Notes under the pieces: generated by a model
Database searches by the model: none
What the model was told of the DNA's origin: nothing
What the model saw: the letters and a program-made list of their open reading frames with translations, nothing else
Source of the DNA: a candidate division WOR-3 bacterium
Lineage (GTDB): Bacteria > Hydrothermota > Hydrothermia > LBFQ01 > DSFT01
Assembly: GCA_965649115.1 (NCBI GenBank)
Contig: CBFGJN010000017.1
Location: 1-31,096, forward strand
Direction: 5' to 3'
DNA length: 31,096 nt
In this document: positions 18,705 to 28,012 of the stretch, one piece after another
Layout: the number at the start of each line of letters is the position of its first letter
How positions within the stretch are numbered: position 1 is the first letter of the stretch
Made by a program: the position numbers and the translations under genes

Positions 18705-19167
18705 GTTTTCCCCTCCTTTTTATGAAGCTATCAATTATAAGTAAAAAAATAGCTATTGTTATAACACTATCTGCTAAATTGAAAACAAACCATCTTAAAT
18801 TTTCATTTATACCAATATCTATAAAGTCAACAACAAATCCTCTAAAAATCCTATCAAACAAATTTCCAAATGCTCCTCCTATAATTAAACAGTAAGCAAA
18901 AAAACTTAAATAACTTATTTCTTTAATTGCAAGATATATAACAAATATCGTTATTAAAACTGCTAATAAAGTATAAGGAAAATTTTCACCAAAATTCAAA
19001 CCAAACGCAATACCTGGATTATAAACAAATGTAATTCTTAAATAATTACCCAATATCTCAACAGGCTTGTGAATTGGAAAGTTTTTTTCCACAAAAAATT
19101 TTGTAATTTGGTCTAAAATTAAAATAATTGTAGGAATAAAAATCAAATAAAAGACTTTATTTTTCAT
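18700..19167 (-). CDS. lspA: Lipoprotein signal peptidase II
   Basis: DQITK, NPGIAFG, GGAFGNLFDR, VVDFI and FNLAD. ATG 19167 overlaps the upstream stop. Confidence 0.96.
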   Translation of the reverse strand: MKNKVFYLIFIPTIILILDQITKFFVEKNFPIHKPVEILGNYLRITFVYNPGIAFGLNFGENFPYTLLAVLITIFVIYLAIKEISYLSFFAYCLIIGGAFGNLFDRIFRGFVVDFIDIGINENLRWFVFNLADSVITIAIFLLIIDSFIKRRGKH

Positions 19168-19859
19168 TTTAAAAGATTTAACCAATCACTTAAAAGAAAA
19201 TAAAATCTACTTATTAAAAGAGAGAACCTTGCCATTATTGTATAACCAAAACTTGCTCCAAATGTTATCATCATTATTAAGATACCAATTTTAGCAATTC
19301 CAAGAAGAATACCTCTTTGCTCAGTTGAAAAGTAAAAATAAACAAGAGCTGTTATTACACCTAATAAAATTACAAATGGTCCTATTACTGACAATAGACT
19401 ATTTAAGAAATTTAATGGACTTGAAAAATCAATAGTATAATTTGGAGAAAGAACTGGTAAAAATGTTGCAGAAACTTGCGGAAATATAAAACCTTGAATA
19501 CTTGCAACAATTGTAATTCCAGAACCAATTCCAACAACGAATGCTATTGGAACTCTTGAAAGCCAAACAAGTGAAGGAAAGATATAGGAAAAAATTTCAA
19601 GTCTTATTAAAGTAAGAATTCCAAGAAGAATAGCAATAATAGTCATAAATTTTATAAAGAAATGTTGGCTCGGCATAAGTCCCATTTGAATTGATGGCCA
19701 TATTGCTTGATTGAGAGCCAAAATAACACCATATCCTGCAGAAATACCTACAAATATATGTTCAGCTAATTTGTAAATTGGATTATCACCAAATATGAAA
19801 GATAAAATCGCAAGTGTCAAGAAAGCAGCTACCCAGATACCTAAAATATCCCAAATCAT
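19164..19859 (-). CDS. Uncharacterised polytopic membrane protein
   Basis: About 6 hydrophobic segments; DNPIYKLAEHIFVG and FGASFGYTIMAR. Confidence 0.8.
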   Translation of the reverse strand: MIWDILGIWVAAFLTLAILSFIFGDNPIYKLAEHIFVGISAGYGVILALNQAIWPSIQMGLMPSQHFFIKFMTIIAILLGILTLIRLEIFSYIFPSLVWLSRVPIAFVVGIGSGITIVASIQGFIFPQVSATFLPVLSPNYTIDFSSPLNFLNSLLSVIGPFVILLGVITALVYFYFSTEQRGILLGIAKIGILIMMITFGASFGYTIMARFSLLISRFYFLLSDWLNLLK

Positions 19860-20698
19860 TTAATTATCCTCCTTATTATAAAACCTATATTACCAAGAAG
19901 TATAAACAAAAGAATAATTGTATGAGCTGGAATTTGCGAAACCATAATCAATGAAGCAAGACCTTTCTTCTTTGCTAAGCTTTCATAATCAAAAGCACCT
20001 TTAAGTCCCCCAACAACGCCAACAACTTGTTTTGCTTGATAATACGGAAAATACCCAGGAGCCATAACTGCTGTCACAGAAAAAGCCATTTTAACACCAT
20101 ATCTTGCTTGAACAATCTGAACCCAAAAATCACCAGTTGCACCAGCTTCAAATCCAAACAATAAATCAATATCTTTATAATTCAAAACACCATCATCTCC
20201 TGAAATTTGTTTATAAATAGGATAGCTATCAATTGGTTTTCCATAATAATCATTAGGAAAAACATTTCTAAAATCCTCACTTAAACCAACCATAACACCT
20301 GCAACACCTGGCTTAAATCCAAGAATTAAATAATCTTCACCATATTTTTTATTAAATTTTTTTGCGACTTTTTCAATACCATTTACACCTACTATTAAAC
20401 CTTGAAATTGCCAGTGCGTCATTAAAAGAACTTTTATATTCTTTCTGAATGCTTGTTCAAGAACAACCTCATAGACAGGTTGAAGTTCTGGATAAGCTGA
20501 TGGTCCATAATCTGTTGATATTAGAAGGACATCACCTTCTTTTAAAGATTCTACTGCATTATAGGCATCTATTACCTCTTGTGTAGGTCTTGTAGGAAGG
20601 GAAGGTTTTAGAAAAAGTGGCACAATAATTGAAAAAATAAGAATAGAATATATTATTCTTCTATCTATAAGTGTTAAAAAGTCTAAAATTGCTTTCAT
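19856..20698 (-). CDS. Uncharacterised membrane-anchored protein
   Basis: Terminal TM helices around a soluble alpha/beta domain (DYGPSAYPEL, YGEDY, GLKGAFDYE). Confidence 0.8.
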   Translation of the reverse strand: MKAILDFLTLIDRRIIYSILIFSIIVPLFLKPSLPTRPTQEVIDAYNAVESLKEGDVLLISTDYGPSAYPELQPVYEVVLEQAFRKNIKVLLMTHWQFQGLIVGVNGIEKVAKKFNKKYGEDYLILGFKPGVAGVMVGLSEDFRNVFPNDYYGKPIDSYPIYKQISGDDGVLNYKDIDLLFGFEAGATGDFWVQIVQARYGVKMAFSVTAVMAPGYFPYYQAKQVVGVVGGLKGAFDYESLAKKKGLASLIMVSQIPAHTIILLFILLGNIGFIIRRIIK

Positions 20699-21489
20699 CT
20701 TATATACCCCCTCTCTATACCAAATATAATTCTAAGCGAAAAGGCAATACTTCCAAGTGTTAATCCAAGATTTATAGCCCTCTGTCCAGCATTATTTGGA
20801 TATTGCATAATCCAATCCGAAAACGAAGGGATAAATTGAGAAATAATTTTTGAGAATTCTGGAAAAAATAATGAAATTCCTAAAAACAAAAATAACAAAC
20901 CAACAAAAAGTCTTAAAATTGAACTTAAACCAGTGTACCTTGTCGAAATATATAGGAAGTAAATACCTGTTAGAATTGAAAATGCGAAGAAAAATGGAAT
21001 AAATATAATTCCTCCAAATGGAACTCTACCCATCATTACAATTGCTGCTGATAATAAAAGAAGTGTAGATTCTAAATTTCTTGCCCTAAATGCTCTATAA
21101 GCAGCAGAAGCTATAAAGAATGCAAGAAGTGAAAACATTGTAGCATCAAGTGGTAAATATATATTTTGAAATAACCATAAATAGGTTGAATTCTGAACAA
21201 AAGGACCGCCGTACTTGTACCAAGCCCAAATTCCCCAAATTAAGGCAACAAAAAAAGAAATAATTAAAATTAAACTATAAATTCTATCTTTATCACCTCT
21301 CCTAATTTTTCTCCAATGATATAAAATTAAACTATCTATACCAAGTAAAAGAGCAAAACCAGAAATAATAATGTACCATCTTGTAGTGAGCTGTTCAATT
21401 TGCGTAAAAGGTTCTCTTGGAATAAAGAATAAAGCCATAATTAAAATGCCACTTATAAATGTTACAATAACAGGAATTTGAGTTTGCAT
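20695..21489 (-). CDS. Uncharacterised polytopic membrane protein
   Basis: TMFSLLAFFIASAAYRAFRAR, QRAI and LRIIFGIER. Confidence 0.8.
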   Translation of the reverse strand: MQTQIPVIVTFISGILIMALFFIPREPFTQIEQLTTRWYIIISGFALLLGIDSLILYHWRKIRRGDKDRIYSLILIISFFVALIWGIWAWYKYGGPFVQNSTYLWLFQNIYLPLDATMFSLLAFFIASAAYRAFRARNLESTLLLLSAAIVMMGRVPFGGIIFIPFFFAFSILTGIYFLYISTRYTGLSSILRLFVGLLFLFLGISLFFPEFSKIISQFIPSFSDWIMQYPNNAGQRAINLGLTLGSIAFSLRIIFGIERGYIR

Positions 21490-21491
21490 AA

Positions 21492-22607
21492 CTAACCTCC
21501 AACTTTAAACATATTTACATATAACTCTGCTACATTTTTAAGAATTCCAAACTCAGAAAGCGTTAGTAGTAAAGAACCTATCAAAATAATAACAATAATT
21601 ACAATTTTAGCAATATCTTCCGCTTTTATTGTTCCTATTTCCGATGGATTTTTGCTTAAATAAGCAGAAGCTGCATACAATTCTTCGCCAATTAATGTAT
21701 AATCACAAGAAACAACAAAGAACGGTAGTTGAGTGACAGCAGTAGTTCCTGCTATGTTTATAGCACCTACATTATAAGAAGTCTCTGCCATTAGCAAACT
21801 TTCAGCATAAAAATATCCTTGATAAAATGCTGCACCTGGTTTTTCTCTTATTACAATTCCGTTAAATCCTGCTGTAAAACCAAATTGTTCAGTTGTTAAA
21901 AACATTATATTTTCTTCTCTATATAAATCAGGTCTTCCAGCTTCTGTAAAGCCTTCTTTAACTGCTTCCCTTGAAGCAAGCATTATTAATGGGTCATTAT
22001 TTGGAACAATCAAATCTATACCATATCCAGCAACCTTTTTAGCAACATATTTTAAAATAGCTATACCAGCTATAATTGAAGGGTCACTTAATGTTCCAAT
22101 TCCAGTTGTGTAAATTATTGGCCTACCCATTTCCGTTGCTCTACCAACTGCATCATCAATAGCTTCAAGACCAGCAATTTTTCTAATGTAAGGAACTTTA
22201 CCCATTCTTGAAGAGTAATAATAATAAAAGAATAATGCTGAAAAAATAACTAAGAATATAAGAACTGGCAATTTCTTAGTATCAAACCAAGGCTTATCAT
22301 TTTTATCTTCAATAGAAATTTTAATCGGTTTTGACCAATCCGTATCAGTATAACTTGTATCATCAACATATGTTCTTACCAAATAACTATAATTAATATT
22401 TGGTTTTACAAGTGTATCTAAAAATTTTGTTTCCTTAGTTTCACCAATAAGTAAAGGATTCTCTTTATTATGCTTTTCATCTGTTCTATAAATTTGATAT
22501 TTTTTGATTTCAATTTGGGGAGCTTTCCAAGTTAGAATAACTTTATTTCCTTCAATTTGAACATTTAGACTTTCTGCTGGAAGAGGTAATAAGAAAAATA
22601 CAATCAT
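21492..22607 (-). CDS. Fibronectin-III plus DUF6754-like membrane protein
   Basis: N-terminal FN3 (LTWKAP...YSYLV), then IRKIAGLEAIDDAVGRATEMGRP and DYTLIGEELYAASAYLS. Confidence 0.8.
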   Translation of the reverse strand: MIVFFLLPLPAESLNVQIEGNKVILTWKAPQIEIKKYQIYRTDEKHNKENPLLIGETKETKFLDTLVKPNINYSYLVRTYVDDTSYTDTDWSKPIKISIEDKNDKPWFDTKKLPVLIFLVIFSALFFYYYYSSRMGKVPYIRKIAGLEAIDDAVGRATEMGRPIIYTTGIGTLSDPSIIAGIAILKYVAKKVAGYGIDLIVPNNDPLIMLASREAVKEGFTEAGRPDLYREENIMFLTTEQFGFTAGFNGIVIREKPGAAFYQGYFYAESLLMAETSYNVGAINIAGTTAVTQLPFFVVSCDYTLIGEELYAASAYLSKNPSEIGTIKAEDIAKIVIIVIILIGSLLLTLSEFGILKNVAELYVNMFKVGG

Positions 22608-22613
22608 CAGCTC

Positions 22614-23327
22614 CTACAAGTTTAAAGTATAGATAACTTTACCTTCAAGTTCCAAGACATTTAATTCATTTTCATCAAGAATACCATAAGTATAGTGTTC
22701 TAACCAGTCACCAATACAAGCAATTTTCTTATTATTTTTAATTGAATAAGTTGGAGAATGTAAATGACCAATAATTAAAACATCACCTTCAATTCTATCA
22801 AAATAATTCCATAACCAATTTGGAATCTCTTTTACATAATTATTATGGGCTTTTCTACTAACTTTTGAAATGAATTTCGCGATTTTTATACCAATATCAG
22901 GATGAATTAATTTAAATACATTTACAAGAAAGCCATTTTTTAAAATATCTCTCGTTTTAATTCTAAATTTTAAATCATCTCCATGGGCAAAAATAATTTT
23001 TCTATTATTTAACTCAATTTCATATTTTCCAATAATTTTTCTAATGTTTAAATTCTCTATGAAATTACCAATCCAAAGGTCATGATTTCCGGCTATGTAA
23101 ATTGTTTCAATATCTTTTGAGATATTATAAATTTCAAAAAGAACCTTAAAATAATGTGAAAAAATTACACTATTATATTCAAACCAAAAATCAAATAAAT
23201 CACCAATTATTATAAATTTGTCAGCATTTTTTCTAACCTCTTCTAATAGTTTTTTAAAATTCCTAAATTTAATTTCTTCATCATCAGAAAAACCAAAGTG
23301 TGCATCAGAAAAAAGGTAAATTTTCAA
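22614..23327 (-). CDS. lpxH: UDP-2,3-diacylglucosamine diphosphatase-like metallophosphoesterase
   Basis: SDAHFG, GDLFDFW, GNHD, HGD, GHLH and GDW. Confidence 0.82.
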   Translation of the reverse strand: MKIYLFSDAHFGFSDDEEIKFRNFKKLLEEVRKNADKFIIIGDLFDFWFEYNSVIFSHYFKVLFEIYNISKDIETIYIAGNHDLWIGNFIENLNIRKIIGKYEIELNNRKIIFAHGDDLKFRIKTRDILKNGFLVNVFKLIHPDIGIKIAKFISKVSRKAHNNYVKEIPNWLWNYFDRIEGDVLIIGHLHSPTYSIKNNKKIACIGDWLEHYTYGILDENELNVLELEGKVIYTLNL

Positions 23328-23368
23328 AAGATTTAAATTTTAAAGTTATGCTTTAAAATTTTAAAACT

Positions 23369-24259
23369 ATGGCAGTAGAAACAAAACTTAAACCAACCGA
23401 CTTTGATAGCCACTTTCCAACATGGTGTCCAGGATGTGGAGACTTTTCAGTTCTTCTTGGCCTTAAAAAAGCACTTGCTGAACTTGGAAAAAGACCTCAT
23501 GAAGTTGTAGTTGTATCAGGAATTGGTTGTTCTGGGAAGCTTTCAGATTATATTAAAGCCTATGGATTTCATGGCATTCACGGAAGAGTTATGCCAGTAG
23601 CACAGGCAATTAAACTTGTAAATCCAAAACTAACTGTAATTGGTGTTGGAGGAGATGGAGATGGTTTTGCAATAGGAGGAAATCACTTTATACATGCTTG
23701 TAGAAGAAACATAGATATTACTTATATTGTTATGGATAATCAAATATATGGACTTACAAAAGGTCAAGCTTCACCTACAAGTCTAGTAGGACATATTACA
23801 GTATCAACACCTTATGGTGTTAAAGACAGCCCTATTGACCCAATAATGATAGCACTTGCTAATGGTGCGACATTTGTAGCAAGAACATTCTCAGGTGATG
23901 GTGCCATTTTACCTAAAATTTTCATGGAAGGTATAAAACATAAGGGTTTTTCATTTATTGACGATATATCACCTTGTGTTACATTTAATAAATTTAATAC
24001 TTATGAGTGGTATAGAGAGCATATTGAATATGTTGATGAATCAAAAGGAGGAAAAAGGGACTATAATGTTCATGATAGACTTGAAGCAATAGATAAAGTT
24101 AAGGAAGTTAAAAGTAGAGGTAAAATTCCTGTTGGTATTATATTTATAGATAATGAAACGGAAAGTGGAGAAAATCATTATTTGAAAAATGGAGCACCAA
24201 TAGAATCAGATTTAACAATTAGGGAGGATTATCTTGAATTATTGAAGGAATTTGAATGA
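23369..24259 (+). CDS. 2-oxoacid:ferredoxin oxidoreductase beta subunit
   Basis: WCPGCG, SGIGCS, HGR, GGDGD, DNQIYGLTKGQ and SPCVTFN. Confidence 0.95.
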   Translation: MAVETKLKPTDFDSHFPTWCPGCGDFSVLLGLKKALAELGKRPHEVVVVSGIGCSGKLSDYIKAYGFHGIHGRVMPVAQAIKLVNPKLTVIGVGGDGDGFAIGGNHFIHACRRNIDITYIVMDNQIYGLTKGQASPTSLVGHITVSTPYGVKDSPIDPIMIALANGATFVARTFSGDGAILPKIFMEGIKHKGFSFIDDISPCVTFNKFNTYEWYREHIEYVDESKGGKRDYNVHDRLEAIDKVKEVKSRGKIPVGIIFIDNETESGENHYLKNGAPIESDLTIREDYLELLKEFE

Positions 24260-25653
24260 AACAAATTTTAATAGCAGATAAAATTTTAATTGGGAAAGAA
24301 TTAGTTGAAAATAAAGCAGTTATAATAGATGAAAACAAAATTATTGATGTAATTGATGCCTTTGAAAGCGAAATAACTCATATTCCCGTTAAAACATTTC
24401 CAAAAAATTCAATTTTGATGCCTGCATTTATTGATACACATACTCATTTAGCAAGTTATGGTTTAAGCCTAACAAAACCAAATTTAAATAATTTCAAAAC
24501 TAAAAAAGATGTTATTGACTATTCAAGAGAATATATAAGAAATTTTGATAAGGATATTTATATATTTTTAGGATATGACGAAAGCAAATGGATTGATGAA
24601 AATGAATTAACAAAAGAAGATTTGGATAAAATATCAAAGGAGAAACCAATTATTTTTAGAAGGATTTGTGGTCATAAAGCAGTTTTAAATACAAAAGCAT
24701 TAGAAATAGTGAAAGATATTGAAGGAATTGATTTTAAAACTGGTATTGCTCTTGAATACCTACCTTTAAATATATATGAAATTTTTAAACCTACTATTGA
24801 AGAAATTAAAGAAGGAATTTTAAAAGCACAAGAAATTGCAATTAATTTAGGAATTAAAGGTATTGTTGATATTACAAATGTTGAAAGTTTTAAAGCATAT
24901 CAAGAATTAAAAAGAGAAGGAAAATTAAAATTAAGGGTTGGAATTGTTTTATATGAAAGATATTTTGAACTAATTAAGAAGTTAAATCTTGAATATAATT
25001 TTGGAGATGACAATTTGAAATTTTTAGGAATTAAGATATTTCTTGATGGTTCGGTTGGTGCTGGAACTGCTGACAAACTATTAAAAACAAATGAAGAATT
25101 AGAAGTTATACTGAAAGATTGTCAAAAGCATAATGTTCAATTATTAGCTCATGCAATTGGTCAAAACGCTATAAATCAATTTATAAATGTTTTTGAAAAA
25201 GTCGTAAATAATAATTATTTAAGACATAGAATTGAACACTTTGAATTTCCTTATTATGAAGACATTAAGAGAGTTTCAAAATTAAATATATATTTATCAA
25301 TGCAACCAAATTTTGTAGCACTGTGGGGAGGTTTTGATAATATGTACGCCAAAAAACTTCCACTTGAAGTTTTAAAGAGATGTAATCCTTATAAAACAAT
25401 TTTTAATGAAGGTATTAATTTGGCATTTGGAAGTGATTGTATGCCTCTTGATCCATTTTTAGGAATTAAAGGAGCAGTAAATCATTTTCTTGAAAATGAA
25501 AGAATTGATTTAAATTTAGCTTTATATTTATATTCAACAGCAGGAGCGCAGTTCCTTTTTATGGAAGATAAAATTGGAAAGATTGAAAGAGGATATTATT
25601 CTGACTTAATTGTCATTGATGAAAAAAATTTAAATTTAATTGAAACTTTTTAA
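24256..25653 (+). CDS. Amidohydrolase_3 (YtcJ-like) metal-dependent hydrolase
   Basis: PAFIDTHTH, KIFLDGS, HAIG, RHRIEH and FGSD. Confidence 0.9.
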   Translation: MKQILIADKILIGKELVENKAVIIDENKIIDVIDAFESEITHIPVKTFPKNSILMPAFIDTHTHLASYGLSLTKPNLNNFKTKKDVIDYSREYIRNFDKDIYIFLGYDESKWIDENELTKEDLDKISKEKPIIFRRICGHKAVLNTKALEIVKDIEGIDFKTGIALEYLPLNIYEIFKPTIEEIKEGILKAQEIAINLGIKGIVDITNVESFKAYQELKREGKLKLRVGIVLYERYFELIKKLNLEYNFGDDNLKFLGIKIFLDGSVGAGTADKLLKTNEELEVILKDCQKHNVQLLAHAIGQNAINQFINVFEKVVNNNYLRHRIEHFEFPYYEDIKRVSKLNIYLSMQPNFVALWGGFDNMYAKKLPLEVLKRCNPYKTIFNEGINLAFGSDCMPLDPFLGIKGAVNHFLENERIDLNLALYLYSTAGAQFLFMEDKIGKIERGYYSDLIVIDEKNLNLIETF

Positions 25654-25984
25654 AGTAATGTTAAATTACTTATTTAATTTGCTTTGATTTAAAGCTCCCC
25701 CAGGCAAAAAATGGGGTATTTATAAGGCTCCACCTTATTTTCAGAATTATTGGACAAGGCACTTTTAATATGCTTTGTCTAATAATTATTGTTAACTTAT
25801 TGATTGTCAATAACTTATAAAAATTTTAAGAAAATTATAGTTTTTATGGGGGGTTTTTAATGGGGGCTTCGCCCCCCATGGCCGAAAAATGGGTATTTAT
25901 AAGGCGAAGCCTTATTCATAGGGTGGGTGGGGAAAATATAGAAAATATATATTTTTAGAATTACTAGACAAAACACTTTTAATA
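25654..25984 (+). mobile_element. MITE array E: decayed copy (~25654-25761) plus full copy (25771-25975) with perfect 9-bp TSD
   Basis: CTTTTAATA at 25762-25770 and 25976-25984; TIRs TGCTTTGTCTAATAATT and AATTACTAGACAAAACA. Confidence 0.92.
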
Positions 25985-26010
25985 AAACTTTTTACTTTAA
26001 AATTTTCATT

Positions 26011-27192
26011 ATGCGTTCTGCGGTAATCGTAAGTGCTAAAAGAACAGCAGTAGGAAAAGCTCCAAGAGGAACATTGAAGGACACAAGACCAGAATATTTA
26101 TTAGCAGAAGTTATAAAAGCAATTTTAAATGAAACGAATTTAGATCCTAACTTAATAGAAGATTTAACAGTGGGGTGTGCTTTTCCCGAAGCCTACCAAG
26201 GTATGAATATGGCAAGAACAGTTGTTTATAGAGCAGGGCTTCCCACTTCCATTCCAGCAGTTACAGTTAATAGATATTGTGCTTCTTCAATTCAATCAAT
26301 AGCTCAAACAGCTCATAGAATTATGGTTGGAGAAATTGATGTGGCAATAGCAGGTGGAGCTGAAAGCATGAGTTTAGTTCCTATGCCGGGATATGTTTTT
26401 AGACCAGAACCTTATATTGCTCAAAATTTCCCTGATTATTATTTAAATATGGGTCTTACAGCAGAAAATTTAGTTCCATTATATAACATAAAAAGAGAAG
26501 AAGTAGATCAATATGCTTATTTATCTCATAAAAGAGGAGCAGAAGCAGTTTTAAGTGGAAAATTTAAAGAGCAAATAGTTCCTATTAAAGTAAAAGTTAG
26601 ATTAGAAGATGAAGATAGTAATAGTCAATTGGTTGAGAAAATTTTTGATCAAGATGAATGTATTAGACCTGATACAACACTTGAAGGACTATTAAATTTA
26701 AAACCCTACTTTAAAGTAGATGGAACAGTTACCGCTGGAAATGCTTCACAAAGAAGTGATGGAGCGGGAGCAGTTCTTATTATGAGTGAAGAAAAGGCAA
26801 AAGAACTTGGACTTAAACCATTAGCAAGATTTATAACCTATCAAGTTTCAGCAGTTCCAGCAGAAATTATGGGAATAGCACCAGCTTACGCAATTCCAAA
26901 ATCACTTAAAAAAGCTAACTTAACATTAGAAGACATCAAACTTATTGAACTAAACGAAGCATTTGCTACACAAATAGTAGCTGTTCTAAGAGAATTAGAA
27001 ATACCATTGGATAAATTAAATGTAAATGGAGGTGCCATTTCACTTGGTCATCCACTTGGAGCAACTGGTTCCATTTTAACAGTTAAACTTATTTACGAAT
27101 TAAGAAAAAGAGGTGGAGGTTATGGAATTGTAAGTGCTTGTGTTGGAGGAGGAATGGGAGCAAGTATGATTTTGGAGGTATATGGAAGTTAA
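26011..27192 (+). CDS. Acetyl-CoA C-acyltransferase (thiolase)
   Basis: NRYCASS, NEAFA, GHPLGATG and CVGGGMG. Confidence 0.96.
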   Translation: MRSAVIVSAKRTAVGKAPRGTLKDTRPEYLLAEVIKAILNETNLDPNLIEDLTVGCAFPEAYQGMNMARTVVYRAGLPTSIPAVTVNRYCASSIQSIAQTAHRIMVGEIDVAIAGGAESMSLVPMPGYVFRPEPYIAQNFPDYYLNMGLTAENLVPLYNIKREEVDQYAYLSHKRGAEAVLSGKFKEQIVPIKVKVRLEDEDSNSQLVEKIFDQDECIRPDTTLEGLLNLKPYFKVDGTVTAGNASQRSDGAGAVLIMSEEKAKELGLKPLARFITYQVSAVPAEIMGIAPAYAIPKSLKKANLTLEDIKLIELNEAFATQIVAVLRELEIPLDKLNVNGGAISLGHPLGATGSILTVKLIYELRKRGGGYGIVSACVGGGMGASMILEVYGS

Positions 27193-28012
27193 TAGATCGG
27201 ATTATATAAAAGTAGGAATTTTTATTTCTTTCGTTTTGATTTTATCTTTTATTGGTTATAATTGGATTAGTTCTCAAAAACGACAAAAACATTTATATAC
27301 ATATTATATAAAAATGCCAAGAGCAACATTAGTGTCAAATGGTACAAAAGTTTTAGTTAGAGGTGTTACAAATGGAAATGTAATTGATGTTAAAATATAT
27401 AAAGATGGTGTTATCTTAAAAATAGGTTTAAAAGATATAAAACTTAAAGAAAATGCGTATGCACAAGTTATAACACCATCAGCACTTGGAACAAGAATGA
27501 TAGATTTGGAAGTTGGAGATGGAAATTTTTTAAGTATCAACGATACAATAATCGGATATGATAGTCCAACATTTGACCAAATTTTAACAATTGTTATAAG
27601 ACTTTCAGATAAAATTGATAGTATTCTTACAAATACCAATAACACAATAAAAACAACTAATTACAAAATTTTTGAAATTTCAAATGAAATTAAAAAGTCT
27701 TTAAATGAAATTCAAATTTTAACATTAAGTTTAAGAAACATTTTAGAACATCAAAATTCTAATTTAGATAGCATTTCAAATAATATAAATTTCACTTTAA
27801 AATCAACACAAAGAACAATTGGTTATATTGATTCACTTATAAATTCATTAAAAACTGAAATTGATAGCTTAAAATATAGAGGAACAATTGGAAAGCTAAC
27901 AAAAGACGATTCATTATATTTTGAATTAAAGAAAACAGTTATTATGTTTCAAGAAATTTTAGATGATATAAAGAAAAATCCAAGTAAATATATAAACGTT
28001 AAGGTTTTTTAA
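27182..28012 (+). CDS. MlaD/MCE family protein
   Basis: N-terminal TM, GTKVLVRGV..G.V, coiled tail, GTIGKLTKDDSLY and DIKKNPSKY. Confidence 0.88.
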   Translation: MEVNRSDYIKVGIFISFVLILSFIGYNWISSQKRQKHLYTYYIKMPRATLVSNGTKVLVRGVTNGNVIDVKIYKDGVILKIGLKDIKLKENAYAQVITPSALGTRMIDLEVGDGNFLSINDTIIGYDSPTFDQILTIVIRLSDKIDSILTNTNNTIKTTNYKIFEISNEIKKSLNEIQILTLSLRNILEHQNSNLDSISNNINFTLKSTQRTIGYIDSLINSLKTEIDSLKYRGTIGKLTKDDSLYFELKKTVIMFQEILDDIKKNPSKYINVKVF

